Virus record (IMG/VR): IMGVR_UViG_3300044732_000442
Coordinates: 1 to 64,000 of that record
Length of the DNA stretch: 64,000 bases
From: a virus
Reading direction: 5' to 3' (one strand)
The notes under the pieces are model-generated. The model did no database searches, was not told the origin of the DNA, and saw only the letters and a list, made by a program, of their open reading frames with translations. A program made the translations under genes and the position numbers. Positions 38,909 through 49,734 of the stretch are shown piece by piece. Within the stretch, counting starts at the first letter, position 1; each line of letters opens with the position of its first letter.

Positions 38909-39834
38909 AAAATAGTCTTTGGGTAGAAAAATATCGTCCACAAACAGTAGCAGACTATGTGTTTGTAGATGAACGACAGAAGAATCAAGTAGAGGGTTGG
39001 GTTAAAGATGGCTCTATCCCTCATCTATTACTATCAGGTGATCCAGGTACTGGCAAGACAACTCTTGCTAAAGTATTGATCCATGAACTTGATGTAAGTG
39101 AATATGATGTATTGGAGATCAATGCATCACGTGAGAATAGTGTAGATGTTGTACGTAATAAGATTGTTAACTTTGTACAAACAATGCCATTTGGTAACTT
39201 CAAAGTTGTACTACTAGATGAAGCAGATTATTTGACACCAGCTGGACAAGCGGCATTGCGTAACGATATGGAAGCATATCATATGACCGCACGATTTATA
39301 TTAACTTGTAACTATCAGCATAGAATTATCCCTGCATTGAAGTCACGATGCCATGAGTTTCATATTACAAAAACAGATAAAACAGAGTTCACTGCGAGAG
39401 CGGCAACTGTGTTAGTAAGTGAGAACATTGTATTTGATTTAGATGATTTAGATAGTTATGTACGTGCTACATATCCAGACTTGCGTAAGTGTTTGAATCA
39501 GTTACAAGTTAATAGTAGTACAGGTAAACTATTGCCACCACATACTCAGGGATCTAGCGAAGATGAGTTGTTAGTAGAAGCAACTAATTTATTTAAGGCT
39601 GGTAAAGTCCTTGAAGGCAGACAACAGTTATTACAATATATTGCATTGTATCCCACACGTATTGAAGATACATATGCATGGATGTATCAGAATTTAGATT
39701 TATGGGGTAAGTCTAATGAAAAGCGTGATGCTAGTATTATTGTTATTAGAAATGGTTTAGCTAATTTAAGTATGGTGGGCATCCCTGAAATATCATTGGC
39801 AGCCACATTAGTAGAATTGACGAGTGATTTATGA
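38905..39834 (+). CDS. sliding-clamp loader AAA+ subunit (T4 gp44/RFC-like)
   Basis: WVEKYRP, GDPGTGKTT, EINAS, LDEAD, SRC motifs. Confidence 0.95.
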   Translation: MKNSLWVEKYRPQTVADYVFVDERQKNQVEGWVKDGSIPHLLLSGDPGTGKTTLAKVLIHELDVSEYDVLEINASRENSVDVVRNKIVNFVQTMPFGNFKVVLLDEADYLTPAGQAALRNDMEAYHMTARFILTCNYQHRIIPALKSRCHEFHITKTDKTEFTARAATVLVSENIVFDLDDLDSYVRATYPDLRKCLNQLQVNSSTGKLLPPHTQGSSEDELLVEATNLFKAGKVLEGRQQLLQYIALYPTRIEDTYAWMYQNLDLWGKSNEKRDASIIVIRNGLANLSMVGIPEISLAATLVELTSDL

Positions 39835-40103
39835 GATATTTATTAATTACATTCATGAGAAAGCCCAATGGGCAAATTGATGAGCAAGTTGCAGTATCTA
39901 AAAAAGTCAAAGCCAGTGACTTTCAAACCTGCAATGTTATTTTAGATTATGCTAAGAAAAAAGTAGATAAATGTGTAATTGAAGGTAAGGCATTAGATAG
40001 AGATTGGGTTCAGATGCATGAATATTATGTAAAGATTTATCCTAATCTAATTGCACAACTTGAAAAAGAAGCAACTATTACTGAAAAGACAAATGGGGCC
40101 TAA
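39831..40103 (+). CDS. hypothetical protein
   Basis: 90 aa ORF overlapping the upstream stop (ATGA). Confidence 0.7.
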   Translation: MRYLLITFMRKPNGQIDEQVAVSKKVKASDFQTCNVILDYAKKKVDKCVIEGKALDRDWVQMHEYYVKIYPNLIAQLEKEATITEKTNGA

Positions 40104-40114
40104 GCCCCATTTTT
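40091..40114. terminator. bidirectional terminator
   Basis: AAATGGGGC-CTAA-GCCCCATTTTT between convergent genes. Confidence 0.8.
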
Positions 40115-40895
40115 AACTATACAAGTTAAGTACATGCTCAATTATTTTATGTCGTTGAACATCTTTAAGTTCAAATTTACATAATTGCAATCCCGGAATC
40201 ACCCCCTTCCTCAATCGATTTTGTAAATCTAATAGCCCATTGTCGGCTGTTTTACGATCGGCTTGTTCAATATCGCCAGTAATTACAATCTTACTACCGA
40301 CGCCGATTCTGGTCATAATCATTTTGAGTTGACCCGGGGTTGCGTTTTGTGCCTCGTCTAATACTACCCAACTATGTTTGAAATTTCGTCCTCGACAAAA
40401 TGCTAGAGGTGCAATTTCCACTATCTGTTCTTCTAGCATGTGGGCTATTTCCTTTGTTGTGTAGTATTCACGCAGAACGTCTAATAACGGTCTAGTCCAG
40501 GGTTCCATCTTTTGATTGATATCCCCCGGTAAGAAACCGTGCTTTTCGTCATCAACACCTACTGCTGGCCTGGATAATATGATTCTTTCACATTCACCAT
40601 TACGCATAGCTTTTATGGCAGCAAGCATAGCTAAGTAAGTTTTACCAGTACCCGCAGGACCTGTGACTACGACAATATCTGTCTGCTCATCCAGTAGTGC
40701 GAGGATATAATTTTCTTGGTTAACTGACTTAGGGATAAGTTGAACGGGTTTTTTATTTACCCGCATTTCCCTCTGTGCTTGTGCGAAATCTATCGTTTTT
40801 GATTCATGTGTGTAGAAAGTTTGATTATCCTGTTTTTTATTGTGTGAAAACCGTGTGTCTTGTGTACGTAATGCGCTAGTTTTTCTTTTGCTCAA
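40113..40895 (-). CDS. phoH: PhoH-like ATPase
   Basis: GPAGTGKT, SRPAV, GFLPG, RGRNF, LDEAQN, TRIG, GDIEQ; TTG start with AAGGAG RBS. Confidence 0.95.
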   Translation of the reverse strand: MSKRKTSALRTQDTRFSHNKKQDNQTFYTHESKTIDFAQAQREMRVNKKPVQLIPKSVNQENYILALLDEQTDIVVVTGPAGTGKTYLAMLAAIKAMRNGECERIILSRPAVGVDDEKHGFLPGDINQKMEPWTRPLLDVLREYYTTKEIAHMLEEQIVEIAPLAFCRGRNFKHSWVVLDEAQNATPGQLKMIMTRIGVGSKIVITGDIEQADRKTADNGLLDLQNRLRKGVIPGLQLCKFELKDVQRHKIIEHVLNLYS

Positions 40896-41066
40896 GTTAA
40901 TTCTCCTTTGTAGAGCGGTGAGTTCTCATAACACTCAAGTTTATTTAAGGTCAATATATACCAACATAGTAGCATACTTATTGAGTAATACCCTAGCATA
41001 AATATTAGGCTACGGTATGAAATATTGTTATTTGATGTATTCAAACTACAAAAGATAAATATATAT

Positions 41067-41675
41067 ATGAAAACCGCAGACGAATTTTTTGACAATGTTG
41101 ATTATGTAAGCATAATTGACACCGTAAAAGGTATATTTACCAGCGACGGATCAATGGCTGTATTACTAGACTACGAGCGAGTACTAGATGAAGCCGACTT
41201 ATATGCATTTAAGAACTGGGAATTGGGTGAATTAGTCCAAGGTCCTGATGTTAAACGCTATACAGTAGCATGTATATTCATGTATCCATACAAACTAATG
41301 CCAGACCCACGTGGTGCAAAACGTTTAGCTAGTGTGGGATGCAAAATTAAGTTTAAAAAGACAAAAATTAAAGTACCTGTAGCAGTAGAAAATCCAGATG
41401 ATTACATTCCCGGTACACGTTATCCTAAAACAGCTATGCGTGAAGTATGGCTAATATACATTGAAATGCCTAAAGAATTGATGGATGATATCCGTGAAGG
41501 TTCAATTGATTTAGCTGGTCAGAACATTGACTTAAATGAGCTAGATGATGCATATGATGATGACTTAGATAAAGAAGATACTGGTGAGGATGATGACCAG
41601 GAACAAGATATGATGGATCAAACGGGCACTGCAGCACCAGGCATGGGTATGCCTCCTCCATTACCACAAATGTAA
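41067..41675 (+). CDS. hypothetical phage protein with acidic tail
   Basis: Start reassigned to ATG 41067, 5 nt behind GATAAATA. Confidence 0.75.
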   Translation: MKTADEFFDNVDYVSIIDTVKGIFTSDGSMAVLLDYERVLDEADLYAFKNWELGELVQGPDVKRYTVACIFMYPYKLMPDPRGAKRLASVGCKIKFKKTKIKVPVAVENPDDYIPGTRYPKTAMREVWLIYIEMPKELMDDIREGSIDLAGQNIDLNELDDAYDDDLDKEDTGEDDDQEQDMMDQTGTAAPGMGMPPPLPQM

Positions 41676-41679
41676 TATT

Positions 41680-42237
41680 ATGACAAATAAAACAATATTA
41701 AATGAGGGATTAGAATATCATGACCTAGAGGGGCAAATGCTCCCTACAGTAACTGTGGATGAATATGCCGCACATATGGGTGATGATAGTGAAATTGTCA
41801 CATTGGCATTTACAGTTAAAAGTGCTGCCGCTGCCAATGATTTAGTTGATTGGTTTGAACGTGGTTATGATTGGGTACTTGATGCACAAGTTAGTGAAGG
41901 CGAAGTAAAGCCAGGTCAATATCTAGTGTTTGTTGAAATGAATCGTAGAAGTAGTGTACCTAAACGTATCATAGAATTATTAGATGATTTAGAAACATTA
42001 ACAGCCATACCAGTTAAAGATTGGACTATTGTTGTAGATGAAGAAGAACATTCTCCTGAAGAAGATATATTGAAACAAGTTATAACTATTAGTCCACATG
42101 ATTATCGTGAAACTGAAGAAGTTGAAGAAGAAGAAATTAATGAGATGCGTGAACGTGCTGGACTAGAAGTTAAACCAATTCATACAGATAAACAAGATGC
42201 TGATATCAAAGCATTTAAAGCAATGGCAGGATTATAA
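41680..42237 (+). CDS. hypothetical protein (possible head-associated)
   Basis: MTNKTILNE start, ends FKAMAGL. Confidence 0.7.
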   Translation: MTNKTILNEGLEYHDLEGQMLPTVTVDEYAAHMGDDSEIVTLAFTVKSAAAANDLVDWFERGYDWVLDAQVSEGEVKPGQYLVFVEMNRRSSVPKRIIELLDDLETLTAIPVKDWTIVVDEEEHSPEEDILKQVITISPHDYRETEEVEEEEINEMRERAGLEVKPIHTDKQDADIKAFKAMAGL

Positions 42238-42239
42238 AG

Positions 42240-42839
42240 ATGGCAACAATATTACCTAAAAAGGCTGGTTTTGAACAGCCCATGGCACTGGATGATGATC
42301 ACCATGAACTATTAGCGGCTGATCCTACAATACAACAATTTCCACAAGGTAGTACATTTGGAGCTCCCGTAACAAACAGTTTTGGTAATGCACCACTAGG
42401 AGGTAATAGTATGAACATGGGCGGTTTTAATTCACCAGGGTCGTTCTCAAGTCCAAGCTTCAATCAACAATCAAGTTCAGGGTTTGGAAGCACACAAAAT
42501 GTTAATCAATCAAACAGCAATCAACCAGTACTCACAGGTGCCGCTCCAACAAATGCCGCTAGTGGAGCAGATGTATTAGTAGCAAATGATAATACAGATT
42601 GGATTAACAAAAAATGGCGTCCGGTTATGGGTTGGATATATATGCTAACTTGTACAATGGACTTTGTTGTATTCCCGATATTATGGAGTTTGTTACAAGC
42701 AATGAGTAAAGGTAGTGTTACAATGCAATGGCAACCATTAACATTACAAGGTGCTGGACTATACCATATCGCTATGGGTGCTGTTCTTGGTATCGCAGCT
42801 TATGGGCGAACAAAAGAAAAAATTGAAGGAAAATCATAA
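42240..42839 (+). CDS. holin-like membrane protein (3TM/GTA-holin type) with disordered N-terminal half
   Basis: KWRPVMGWIY then hydrophobic helices, ends LGIAAYGRTKEK. Confidence 0.65.
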   Translation: MATILPKKAGFEQPMALDDDHHELLAADPTIQQFPQGSTFGAPVTNSFGNAPLGGNSMNMGGFNSPGSFSSPSFNQQSSSGFGSTQNVNQSNSNQPVLTGAAPTNAASGADVLVANDNTDWINKKWRPVMGWIYMLTCTMDFVVFPILWSLLQAMSKGSVTMQWQPLTLQGAGLYHIAMGAVLGIAAYGRTKEKIEGKS

Positions 42840-42845
42840 TAAATA

Positions 42846-42874
42846 TTGACTTAACACACTAACTGTGTTACACT
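42846..42874 (+). promoter_or_regulatory. sigma70-like promoter
   Basis: TTGACT-17 nt-TACACT with TG; ATG 7 nt downstream. Confidence 0.7.
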
Positions 42875-42881
42875 TGATATT

Positions 42882-43679
42882 ATGACAGATCATTACTCCA
42901 CATTAGGCGTTGGTAAAAATGCTAATGCCGAAGAAATTAAAAAAGCATATAGAAAATTAGCAGGTAAACATCACCCTGATAAAGGTGGTGATACTGCTAC
43001 ATTTCAAAAGATTGAAGAAGCATATCGCATTCTTTCTGATCCACAACAAAAACAACAATATGATAATCCTATGACTCAGGGTAATCCATTTCAAGGATTC
43101 CCGGGTGGAGGTTTCCAATTCAATATGAATGGGTTTAATATGGATGAAATATTTGGTCAAATGTTTAGACAACATAACCATCAACAACAAAATACATATA
43201 GAACTACATATTGGATTAGTTTAGAACAAGTATACAATGGCGGTGACGAAGTATTAAAACTACAAACTCCTACTGGATTACATATGGTTAAAGTAAATAT
43301 TCCAAAAGGGATACATGACGGTGGGCAAGTGCGTTATGAAAAAGTAGTTAATTCATCAGATTTGATTGTGGAATATAGAATACATAATCACTTAAAATAT
43401 GAAAGAAAAATGAATGATTTGTATGCCAATTATTCTATATCAATATTAGATTTAATTGTTGGCACATCATTTGAATTTACTACTATTAGTGGTAGAACTT
43501 TAGAAGTAACGGTAGCTCCAAAAACTCAACCATATATGCATTTAAAACTAAGTAATCATGGCATGCCAATACAAGGTACTAATGCGTATGGCGACCAAAT
43601 CATCTTGCTAAAAACCTATATGCCTGATATTATAGACAGTCGTATAACTGATAGCATTTTGCAATCTAAAACACAGTAA
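42882..43679 (+). CDS. dnaJ: DnaJ-family co-chaperone without Zn finger (CbpA-like)
   Basis: J domain (YSTLGV...[16 protein letters not shown]), G/F linker, C-terminal domain. Confidence 0.9.
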   Translation: MTDHYSTLGVGKNANAEEIKKAYRKLAGKHHPDKGGDTATFQKIEEAYRILSDPQQKQQYDNPMTQGNPFQGFPGGGFQFNMNGFNMDEIFGQMFRQHNHQQQNTYRTTYWISLEQVYNGGDEVLKLQTPTGLHMVKVNIPKGIHDGGQVRYEKVVNSSDLIVEYRIHNHLKYERKMNDLYANYSISILDLIVGTSFEFTTISGRTLEVTVAPKTQPYMHLKLSNHGMPIQGTNAYGDQIILLKTYMPDIIDSRITDSILQSKTQ

Positions 43680-43703
43680 ATATTATTTTTAAAGGAACTG
43701 GAT

Positions 43704-45980
43704 GTGAATAATTCACCCGAAATTGAAGCCATTATTGAACAGGCTATAGAGTTGTCCAAACAACGTAAACATGAATATTGCACAATTGAACACTTACTAT
43801 TGTCTCTTATCACACATACTCCATTTAAAAAATGTTTAGATAGTTTTGGGTGTGATACTCAAACTATGGTAGTAGAGGTTACTTCATATATTGATAGTTT
43901 ACATGCTATCGTTGCAAAAGTAGATCCTGCTATTCAGGTGCAACCTAGAAAAACAAACAGTTTAGAACGGGTAATGAATCGTTCAGTAACTCAAGTACTC
44001 TTTACTGGGCGCAGGCAAGTAACTACTATTGATTTGTATTTAAGTATCGCAAGTGAAGGTAATAGTCATGCACATTACTTCTTACTAAAATACGGTATTC
44101 ATAAAAATGAATTTGTTGCACATTGGCAAAAAACTTATAAAGGTGCTGAATTTACTGCAAAACTTTCTGAAAGTCAAGCAGATGAAATCTTGGAAGAATA
44201 TACAACTAATCTAACTGATTTAGCACGTACAGGTAAATTAGAACCCTTGATTGGACGTAGCACAGAACTAGATGATATTGTTAACGTTCTTGCTAAAAGA
44301 TTCAAATCAAATGTATTGATGGTAGGTGATCCAGGTGTGGGTAAAACAGCAATTGCTGAAGGGCTTGCTACAATGATTGTAGATAAAACTGTACCTGAAT
44401 TCTTACACGGACATGAATTGTATTCACTTGAAGTGGGTGCATTACTTGCTGGAAGTAAATATCGTGGTGACTTTGAAGAAAAAGTCAAACAAGTATTAGA
44501 TGCATTGAACACTAAGAAAAATTCAGTATTGTTTATTGACGAAGCTCATACTATGAAGGGTAGTGGTTCATCTAGTAGTGGTTCAATTGATTTTGCTAAT
44601 ATGATTAAACCTGCAATCACTAAAGGTACATTGAAAGTTATTGCAAGTACTACTTGGGAAGAATACTACGAATCATTTGAAAAGGATCGTGCATTAATGC
44701 GTAGATTCTATCGTGTTTCTATTGACGAGCCCTCACATGATAGTACCATTCGTATCCTTAAAGGTCTAAGTACCCGATTGAATGATTTTCACAATGTTGA
44801 AATTAGTGAAGAAGCTGTTGTTGCAGCCGTAGATAGTTCAGCACGTTATATTCATGACCGAAAGAATCCAGACAAAAGTATTGACCTGTTAGATGCGGCT
44901 TGTGCAAAACAACGTGTTGCAGGTAATAAAGGTGCAATTATTACTAAAGACTTGATCCATGATCAGGTTGAACGATTCACTGGTGTCCCTGCTGATAAAC
45001 TTAATGGTGATAACTTTGACCGTATCAATAGCCTTGAAGTTAATATCAAAGGCAAACTATATGGACAAGATGAAACAGTTGAACAAGTGTTAGAACGTAT
45101 ATATGTTTCATTCGCTGGAATCGGTAATGAACATAAACCTACAGCAAGCTTTATCTTCTTAGGCCCAACTGGTACAGGTAAAACAGAATTGGCTAAGTTG
45201 TTAAGTAAAAATCTTGACATGCCATTACTCAAATATGATATGTCAGAGTATAGTGAGAAACACTCTGTATCAAGTTTGATTGGTCCTCCACCTGGCTATG
45301 TTGGGTTCGGTGATAGTCAAGTAGGTGGCGGACGATTAATTAATGATTTGAGCAAGAACCCACATAGTATATTGTTGTTTGATGAAGTTGAAAAAGCTCA
45401 TCCGGATATCTTTAATATCTTTTTACAAATGTTAGATGAAGGTCATATCACTGGAAGTAACGGTAAAGAAGTTAACTGCAAGAATACTATCATTATTATG
45501 ACTAGTAATTTGGGTAGTAGTGATAGTGAGAAGAACAATATTGGATTCGGTAGCCAAGAAAAGACAGGTGAAGATGATAAAGCAATTAAAGAGTTTTTCA
45601 AACCTGAATTCAGAAATCGTATTGATTTGATTTGTAAGTTTGGTAAACTTAATACTCTTGCTATTAAGAAGATTGTGGTTAAGTTTACAGAAGAATTAAA
45701 GAAAGCTTTACTAGAAAAACATAATATTAGTTTGAATTTAAGTGAGCCAGTAGTTGATTACTTGGCTGATAAAGGATATGATAAGAATATGGGTGCTCGT
45801 CCATTAAGTCGTAAGATTGATGAATTGATTCGTGTACCACTAAGTAAGAAAGTATTGTTTGAACGTATTAAAAATGCTAGTGTAACTTGTGTTTTAGTAG
45901 ATGAAAAAATTGAATTTACTGTTGTTCAAAAATCAATAGCGAAAGTAGGAGAAGATGGGATCATTGAAATTAGCAACTGA
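43704..45980 (+). CDS. clpA: ATP-dependent Clp protease ATPase subunit ClpA
   Basis: Clp N domain, two AAA modules (GDPGVGKT, GPTGTGKT), IGF loop, GARPL, no ClpB middle domain; GTG start. Confidence 0.92.
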   Translation: MNNSPEIEAIIEQAIELSKQRKHEYCTIEHLLLSLITHTPFKKCLDSFGCDTQTMVVEVTSYIDSLHAIVAKVDPAIQVQPRKTNSLERVMNRSVTQVLFTGRRQVTTIDLYLSIASEGNSHAHYFLLKYGIHKNEFVAHWQKTYKGAEFTAKLSESQADEILEEYTTNLTDLARTGKLEPLIGRSTELDDIVNVLAKRFKSNVLMVGDPGVGKTAIAEGLATMIVDKTVPEFLHGHELYSLEVGALLAGSKYRGDFEEKVKQVLDALNTKKNSVLFIDEAHTMKGSGSSSSGSIDFANMIKPAITKGTLKVIASTTWEEYYESFEKDRALMRRFYRVSIDEPSHDSTIRILKGLSTRLNDFHNVEISEEAVVAAVDSSARYIHDRKNPDKSIDLLDAACAKQRVAGNKGAIITKDLIHDQVERFTGVPADKLNGDNFDRINSLEVNIKGKLYGQDETVEQVLERIYVSFAGIGNEHKPTASFIFLGPTGTGKTELAKLLSKNLDMPLLKYDMSEYSEKHSVSSLIGPPPGYVGFGDSQVGGGRLINDLSKNPHSILLFDEVEKAHPDIFNIFLQMLDEGHITGSNGKEVNCKNTIIIMTSNLGSSDSEKNNIGFGSQEKTGEDDKAIKEFFKPEFRNRIDLICKFGKLNTLAIKKIVVKFTEELKKALLEKHNISLNLSEPVVDYLADKGYDKNMGARPLSRKIDELIRVPLSKKVLFERIKNASVTCVLVDEKIEFTVVQKSIAKVGEDGIIEISN

Positions 45981-46680
45981 TACCCCGGGTATTGATTTTT
46001 ACGATTATCGGGATAGTGATTACTATAACAAATACAAGTATCGTGTAAGATTCTCTATAGAGGGTGTTAGATATGCTATGTATGAGAAAAACTTTGATGG
46101 GTTAATGAAGCGATATAATGCTATAACTGGTTGGAAAAAAATAAGAGATGCAGATAGGCCAGTTGTCACAGATAATCTAGAGGCTCTAGGGAAGTTTATA
46201 GATTTTCGTAATATGCTTAAGGAAAATAATACTGGATTAGTTCGTATTGAGAGTAGTAAGATATCAATCTTTAGTAATGATTTAGCCTTATTAAAAACAA
46301 GTGAAAGTATTAAAGCTGGTATCTTTTATGATTATACAGAGGTTAAAACAAATAATTTTGTAGGAATAAAGTCATTTGTCAAAGATCCTAAATATAAGTA
46401 TAGGGTTTATTTGAAATCTAAAATGATTCAAGAATCATTTGTTACGCAATTAGATGATTTATTGAACCGATCAAAAGACTTACATCCTAGCCCTTCATTA
46501 AAATACTGGTTAAAGGGATACAATAATACTGCTCCTTCATGGAGTTGGAGATATCGTTTTACTAGTGCTACTCATTTTATTGATTATGATGATGAAAGTA
46601 CATTAAGCTATCTAGCATTAATGCACGGGGATTATCTCGGAAAACGCTATAAATTAGAAAAACGACCAGAAGCTATCTAA
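45955..46680 (+). CDS. hypothetical protein
   Basis: 241 aa ORF with two KYKYRV-type repeats. Confidence 0.7.
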   Translation: MGSLKLATDTPGIDFYDYRDSDYYNKYKYRVRFSIEGVRYAMYEKNFDGLMKRYNAITGWKKIRDADRPVVTDNLEALGKFIDFRNMLKENNTGLVRIESSKISIFSNDLALLKTSESIKAGIFYDYTEVKTNNFVGIKSFVKDPKYKYRVYLKSKMIQESFVTQLDDLLNRSKDLHPSPSLKYWLKGYNNTAPSWSWRYRFTSATHFIDYDDESTLSYLALMHGDYLGKRYKLEKRPEAI

Positions 46681-46715
46681 AATGATAAATACTCTAATAA
46701 AATGGAGTATTTACC

Positions 46716-46880
46716 ATGGCAAAGATTGTAACAGAATCAATCGTAATCACTTTTAGTAAGATAGTAAAAGATAATGATGAGGGTACTAGTATTACTAGCC
46801 CTGATATCCAAGCGGCTTTAGAACAAGTAGCCCAAGAATTAATTGGCGATAGTGTCGTTGTTGAGGTTGTAAAAGCATAA
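46716..46880 (+). CDS. small hypothetical protein (54 aa, not in the ORF track)
   Basis: MAKIVTESIVITFSKIVKD...VEVVKA; late box at 46686, GGAG RBS, TAATG coupling to the next gene. Confidence 0.75.
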   Translation: MAKIVTESIVITFSKIVKDNDEGTSITSPDIQAALEQVAQELIGDSVVVEVVKA

Positions 46881-47266
46881 TGAGCCAATCAACTACTCTT
46901 ATCCTATTGCCACAAACAGCATATGTTAACCCAGGCAATGGGGCACCCTATACCGTAACTGGTAACAGTCAACCCGCTGCCGCATATTATTTAGGCAATA
47001 AAGACTTACAAACAGTTAATATTAATTTGACAAATTGTACCGGAAATATTACAATTGAAGCAAGTTTAGCTACTACACCAAGTAGTACAGATTGGTTCAA
47101 AGTATATGAGTTAGAAGCTAATGCAAATGCGGCAGCAAACTCTGCCCCTCAGATTGCAAGCAATGCTTCTGTTTACACAAATGTAAATGGTAACTTTGTT
47201 TATATGAGAGCTAAGGTAGTAGATTTTGAAGGTGGTCTAGTTAATTTTGTAAAGCTAAGTTATTGA
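46880..47266 (+). CDS. putative virion beta-sandwich protein
   Basis: 128 aa, GNITIEASL...DWF...GNFVYMRAKV pattern. Confidence 0.6.
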   Translation: MSQSTTLILLPQTAYVNPGNGAPYTVTGNSQPAAAYYLGNKDLQTVNINLTNCTGNITIEASLATTPSSTDWFKVYELEANANAAANSAPQIASNASVYTNVNGNFVYMRAKVVDFEGGLVNFVKLSY

Positions 47267-47267
47267 T

Positions 47268-48728
47268 ATGAGTACGATTGTTATAATGCCCGGAGGATTT
47301 CATCCCTTTCATGCTGGACATGCATCATTGTATCAATCCGCATTAAAAGCATTTTCGGGTGCTGATGTATATGTTGCGGCTACTAATGATACAAAGACAA
47401 GACCTTTCCCATTTGCTATTAAAGAAAAATTAGCTAAGGTAGCAGGTGTAGCTCCTGGACATTTTATACAAGTTAAAAGTCCCTTTCAACCTAGAGAAAT
47501 TACTGATAAGTTTAATCCAGAACAAGATGTAGTAATATTTGTTCGTAGTGAAAAGGATCGTAATGAGAGTCCTAAACCAGGTGGAACAAAGAAAGATGGT
47601 AGTCCAGCTTACTTTCAACCATATACAGGCAAAGATGTACAACCATTTGGCAAACATGCATATATGGCTTATTTACCTACAGTAGAATTTGGTCCTGGTA
47701 TTAGTAGTGCAACAGAGATACGTAATGCATGGCCTAAATTGAATGACAAACGTAAGACTGCAATGGTTATGAGTTTGTATCCAGCAACACAAAAGAATCC
47801 TAAATTAGCCGCTAACGTTGTTAAGATGTTAGATATGGGTATGGGTAATGAGTTAGCAGAAGGATTAATAAATGAATTTGTACCACCGAGTAGCGACAGA
47901 GGTGGCGGGGATGATAGAAGTCGTAGAATAAGAAAACTATTAGAAATTGCTATACAAGTAGCAAAGGAAAAAAATGTTGATGAATTGGGTATGATTCATG
48001 CTATGAATATGATAGCAGGTGATGAATTTTTCAATACAGCAGTTGAAGGTATACTACCAGATATAACAGATAAAGAATATATGTTTGTGCTACAGAGTGC
48101 TTATAAAACAGTAAAGCAAGGTTTGGCGGAAGGTGATGTTGTTCCATTCAAACAACCATCAAAAACATTAACGTGGCAACAAGTACCTAAAGATATTTTG
48201 ATGTTAGCAAATGATTGGTTTTGGGCAAGTGAAGATAACTCAGGTCTTGCCGCTACGATAGATCCTGATGGTTTCGGTAATGGTACTGCTAATGATGTAA
48301 AGTATAATGCCGCTAAACTTCAACAAAAAGGTTGGACAATTGATTTTAATGATGAATATGATGGGCCGGGTGAGTTCAATCTAAGACTTACTAACAATCG
48401 TGGACAAAATGTATTGTTGTCTATTGAAGATGCTCAGACATTTACTGGCTGGGCAAAGGGTACTAGTCAGTATGATTTAGAAGAAGGCCCTATAGTTAAA
48501 CGTATTGTTCATCCTAACAAGATTAATATCTATGTAAGACCAGGTGGTAATAAACCTCCTTTACTTGTCGCAACAGATATTCCTTATAAAATATTTGATA
48601 AGTATGTAAACAAAGCTATACAAAAATACCCACAGTTTAAACAAACTGATTTCTCATTCAAATCTTCAGATAAAATTAAGGAAGAAACTAATTTATCCGA
48701 AAGTGCTGATTACTTAGACGAAAATTAA
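47268..48728 (+). CDS. cytidylyltransferase-like (HxGH) domain followed by several small modules
   Basis: PGGFHPFHAGH and ISSATEIR motifs; then LAEG/LINE, QGLAEG and LEEG junctions. Confidence 0.75.
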   Translation: MSTIVIMPGGFHPFHAGHASLYQSALKAFSGADVYVAATNDTKTRPFPFAIKEKLAKVAGVAPGHFIQVKSPFQPREITDKFNPEQDVVIFVRSEKDRNESPKPGGTKKDGSPAYFQPYTGKDVQPFGKHAYMAYLPTVEFGPGISSATEIRNAWPKLNDKRKTAMVMSLYPATQKNPKLAANVVKMLDMGMGNELAEGLINEFVPPSSDRGGGDDRSRRIRKLLEIAIQVAKEKNVDELGMIHAMNMIAGDEFFNTAVEGILPDITDKEYMFVLQSAYKTVKQGLAEGDVVPFKQPSKTLTWQQVPKDILMLANDWFWASEDNSGLAATIDPDGFGNGTANDVKYNAAKLQQKGWTIDFNDEYDGPGEFNLRLTNNRGQNVLLSIEDAQTFTGWAKGTSQYDLEEGPIVKRIVHPNKINIYVRPGGNKPPLLVATDIPYKIFDKYVNKAIQKYPQFKQTDFSFKSSDKIKEETNLSESADYLDEN

Positions 48729-48785
48729 AAATATTTTGATCACCTCGTTTTGATGTAAATATTACTATCTTAACAAGAGGATCAA

Positions 48786-49733
48786 ATGGCAACTAAGAAA
48801 ACAACTGAAAAGGCAATTGCAAAACCAGCAAAAGCCGCAACTAAAGCACCGGCTAAGGCTAAATCTACAAAAACAGTTCCTGTAGAAAAAATACAGGAAA
48901 TTGCCGCACAAGCAGCCGCAAATCCACCGGCAGCACCAGCTCCGGGACAAGTACAAGTTAATGTAGACTTTTTAAAAACTACTAAAGTACATATCGCTAT
49001 GCCATGTTATGGTGGTATGTTAACTGAATCAACATTCATGAGTTTCATCAAGTGGGCTAATACTGCCCGTCAACTTGGTATTGATTGGACATTAGAAACA
49101 ATGGTTAATGAATCACTCATTAGCCGAGCACGTAACACATTGACTGCTAAGTTCCTAGATATGCCAGAAGCAACACACTTATTCTTTGTTGACGCTGACA
49201 TTGGTTGGGAGCCATGGCACTTACTAGTATTATTGAACCGTGACGTAGATGTTATTGGTGGATTGTACCCAATGAAGACAATGCCAATCAAATGGGTTGT
49301 TAACGGATTTGAAGGTGCAGAAGAAGGTCCAGATGGACTACAAGAAGTATCTAAAGCAGGTACAGGTTTCTTGTTGATGAAGAAACATGTGTTTGAGAAA
49401 ATGAAGTCTCATCCAGCTGTTAAACAATATAAGAACGACATTGGATTAGATCCAAAGTTTGACCAACACTTGAAAACATATTTTGACACAGCAGTTCGTC
49501 AGAATCGTTATTATAGTGAAGATTGGACATTCTGTGAAAACTGGCGTGATATGGGTGGCAAGATTTGGATGGACAAACGTGTATTGTTACGTCATTCAGG
49601 ATCATATGTTTTCTGTATGGAGAATCAAGAACACTTGATGAAAACTGTAGGACCCATGTTCTTACAAGAACAACAAGAAAAGCACGGCATGAAGTTTATT
49701 GATAAAGACGGCAACGAAATTAAGAAACTATAA
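48786..49733 (+). CDS. GT-A fold glycosyltransferase-like protein
   Basis: IAMPCYG, SLISRARN, FFVDADI (DxD), GTGFLL, SEDWTFC; Ala/Lys/Pro-rich N-terminal arm. Confidence 0.75.
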   Translation: MATKKTTEKAIAKPAKAATKAPAKAKSTKTVPVEKIQEIAAQAAANPPAAPAPGQVQVNVDFLKTTKVHIAMPCYGGMLTESTFMSFIKWANTARQLGIDWTLETMVNESLISRARNTLTAKFLDMPEATHLFFVDADIGWEPWHLLVLLNRDVDVIGGLYPMKTMPIKWVVNGFEGAEEGPDGLQEVSKAGTGFLLMKKHVFEKMKSHPAVKQYKNDIGLDPKFDQHLKTYFDTAVRQNRYYSEDWTFCENWRDMGGKIWMDKRVLLRHSGSYVFCMENQEHLMKTVGPMFLQEQQEKHGMKFIDKDGNEIKKL

Positions 49734-49734
49734 C

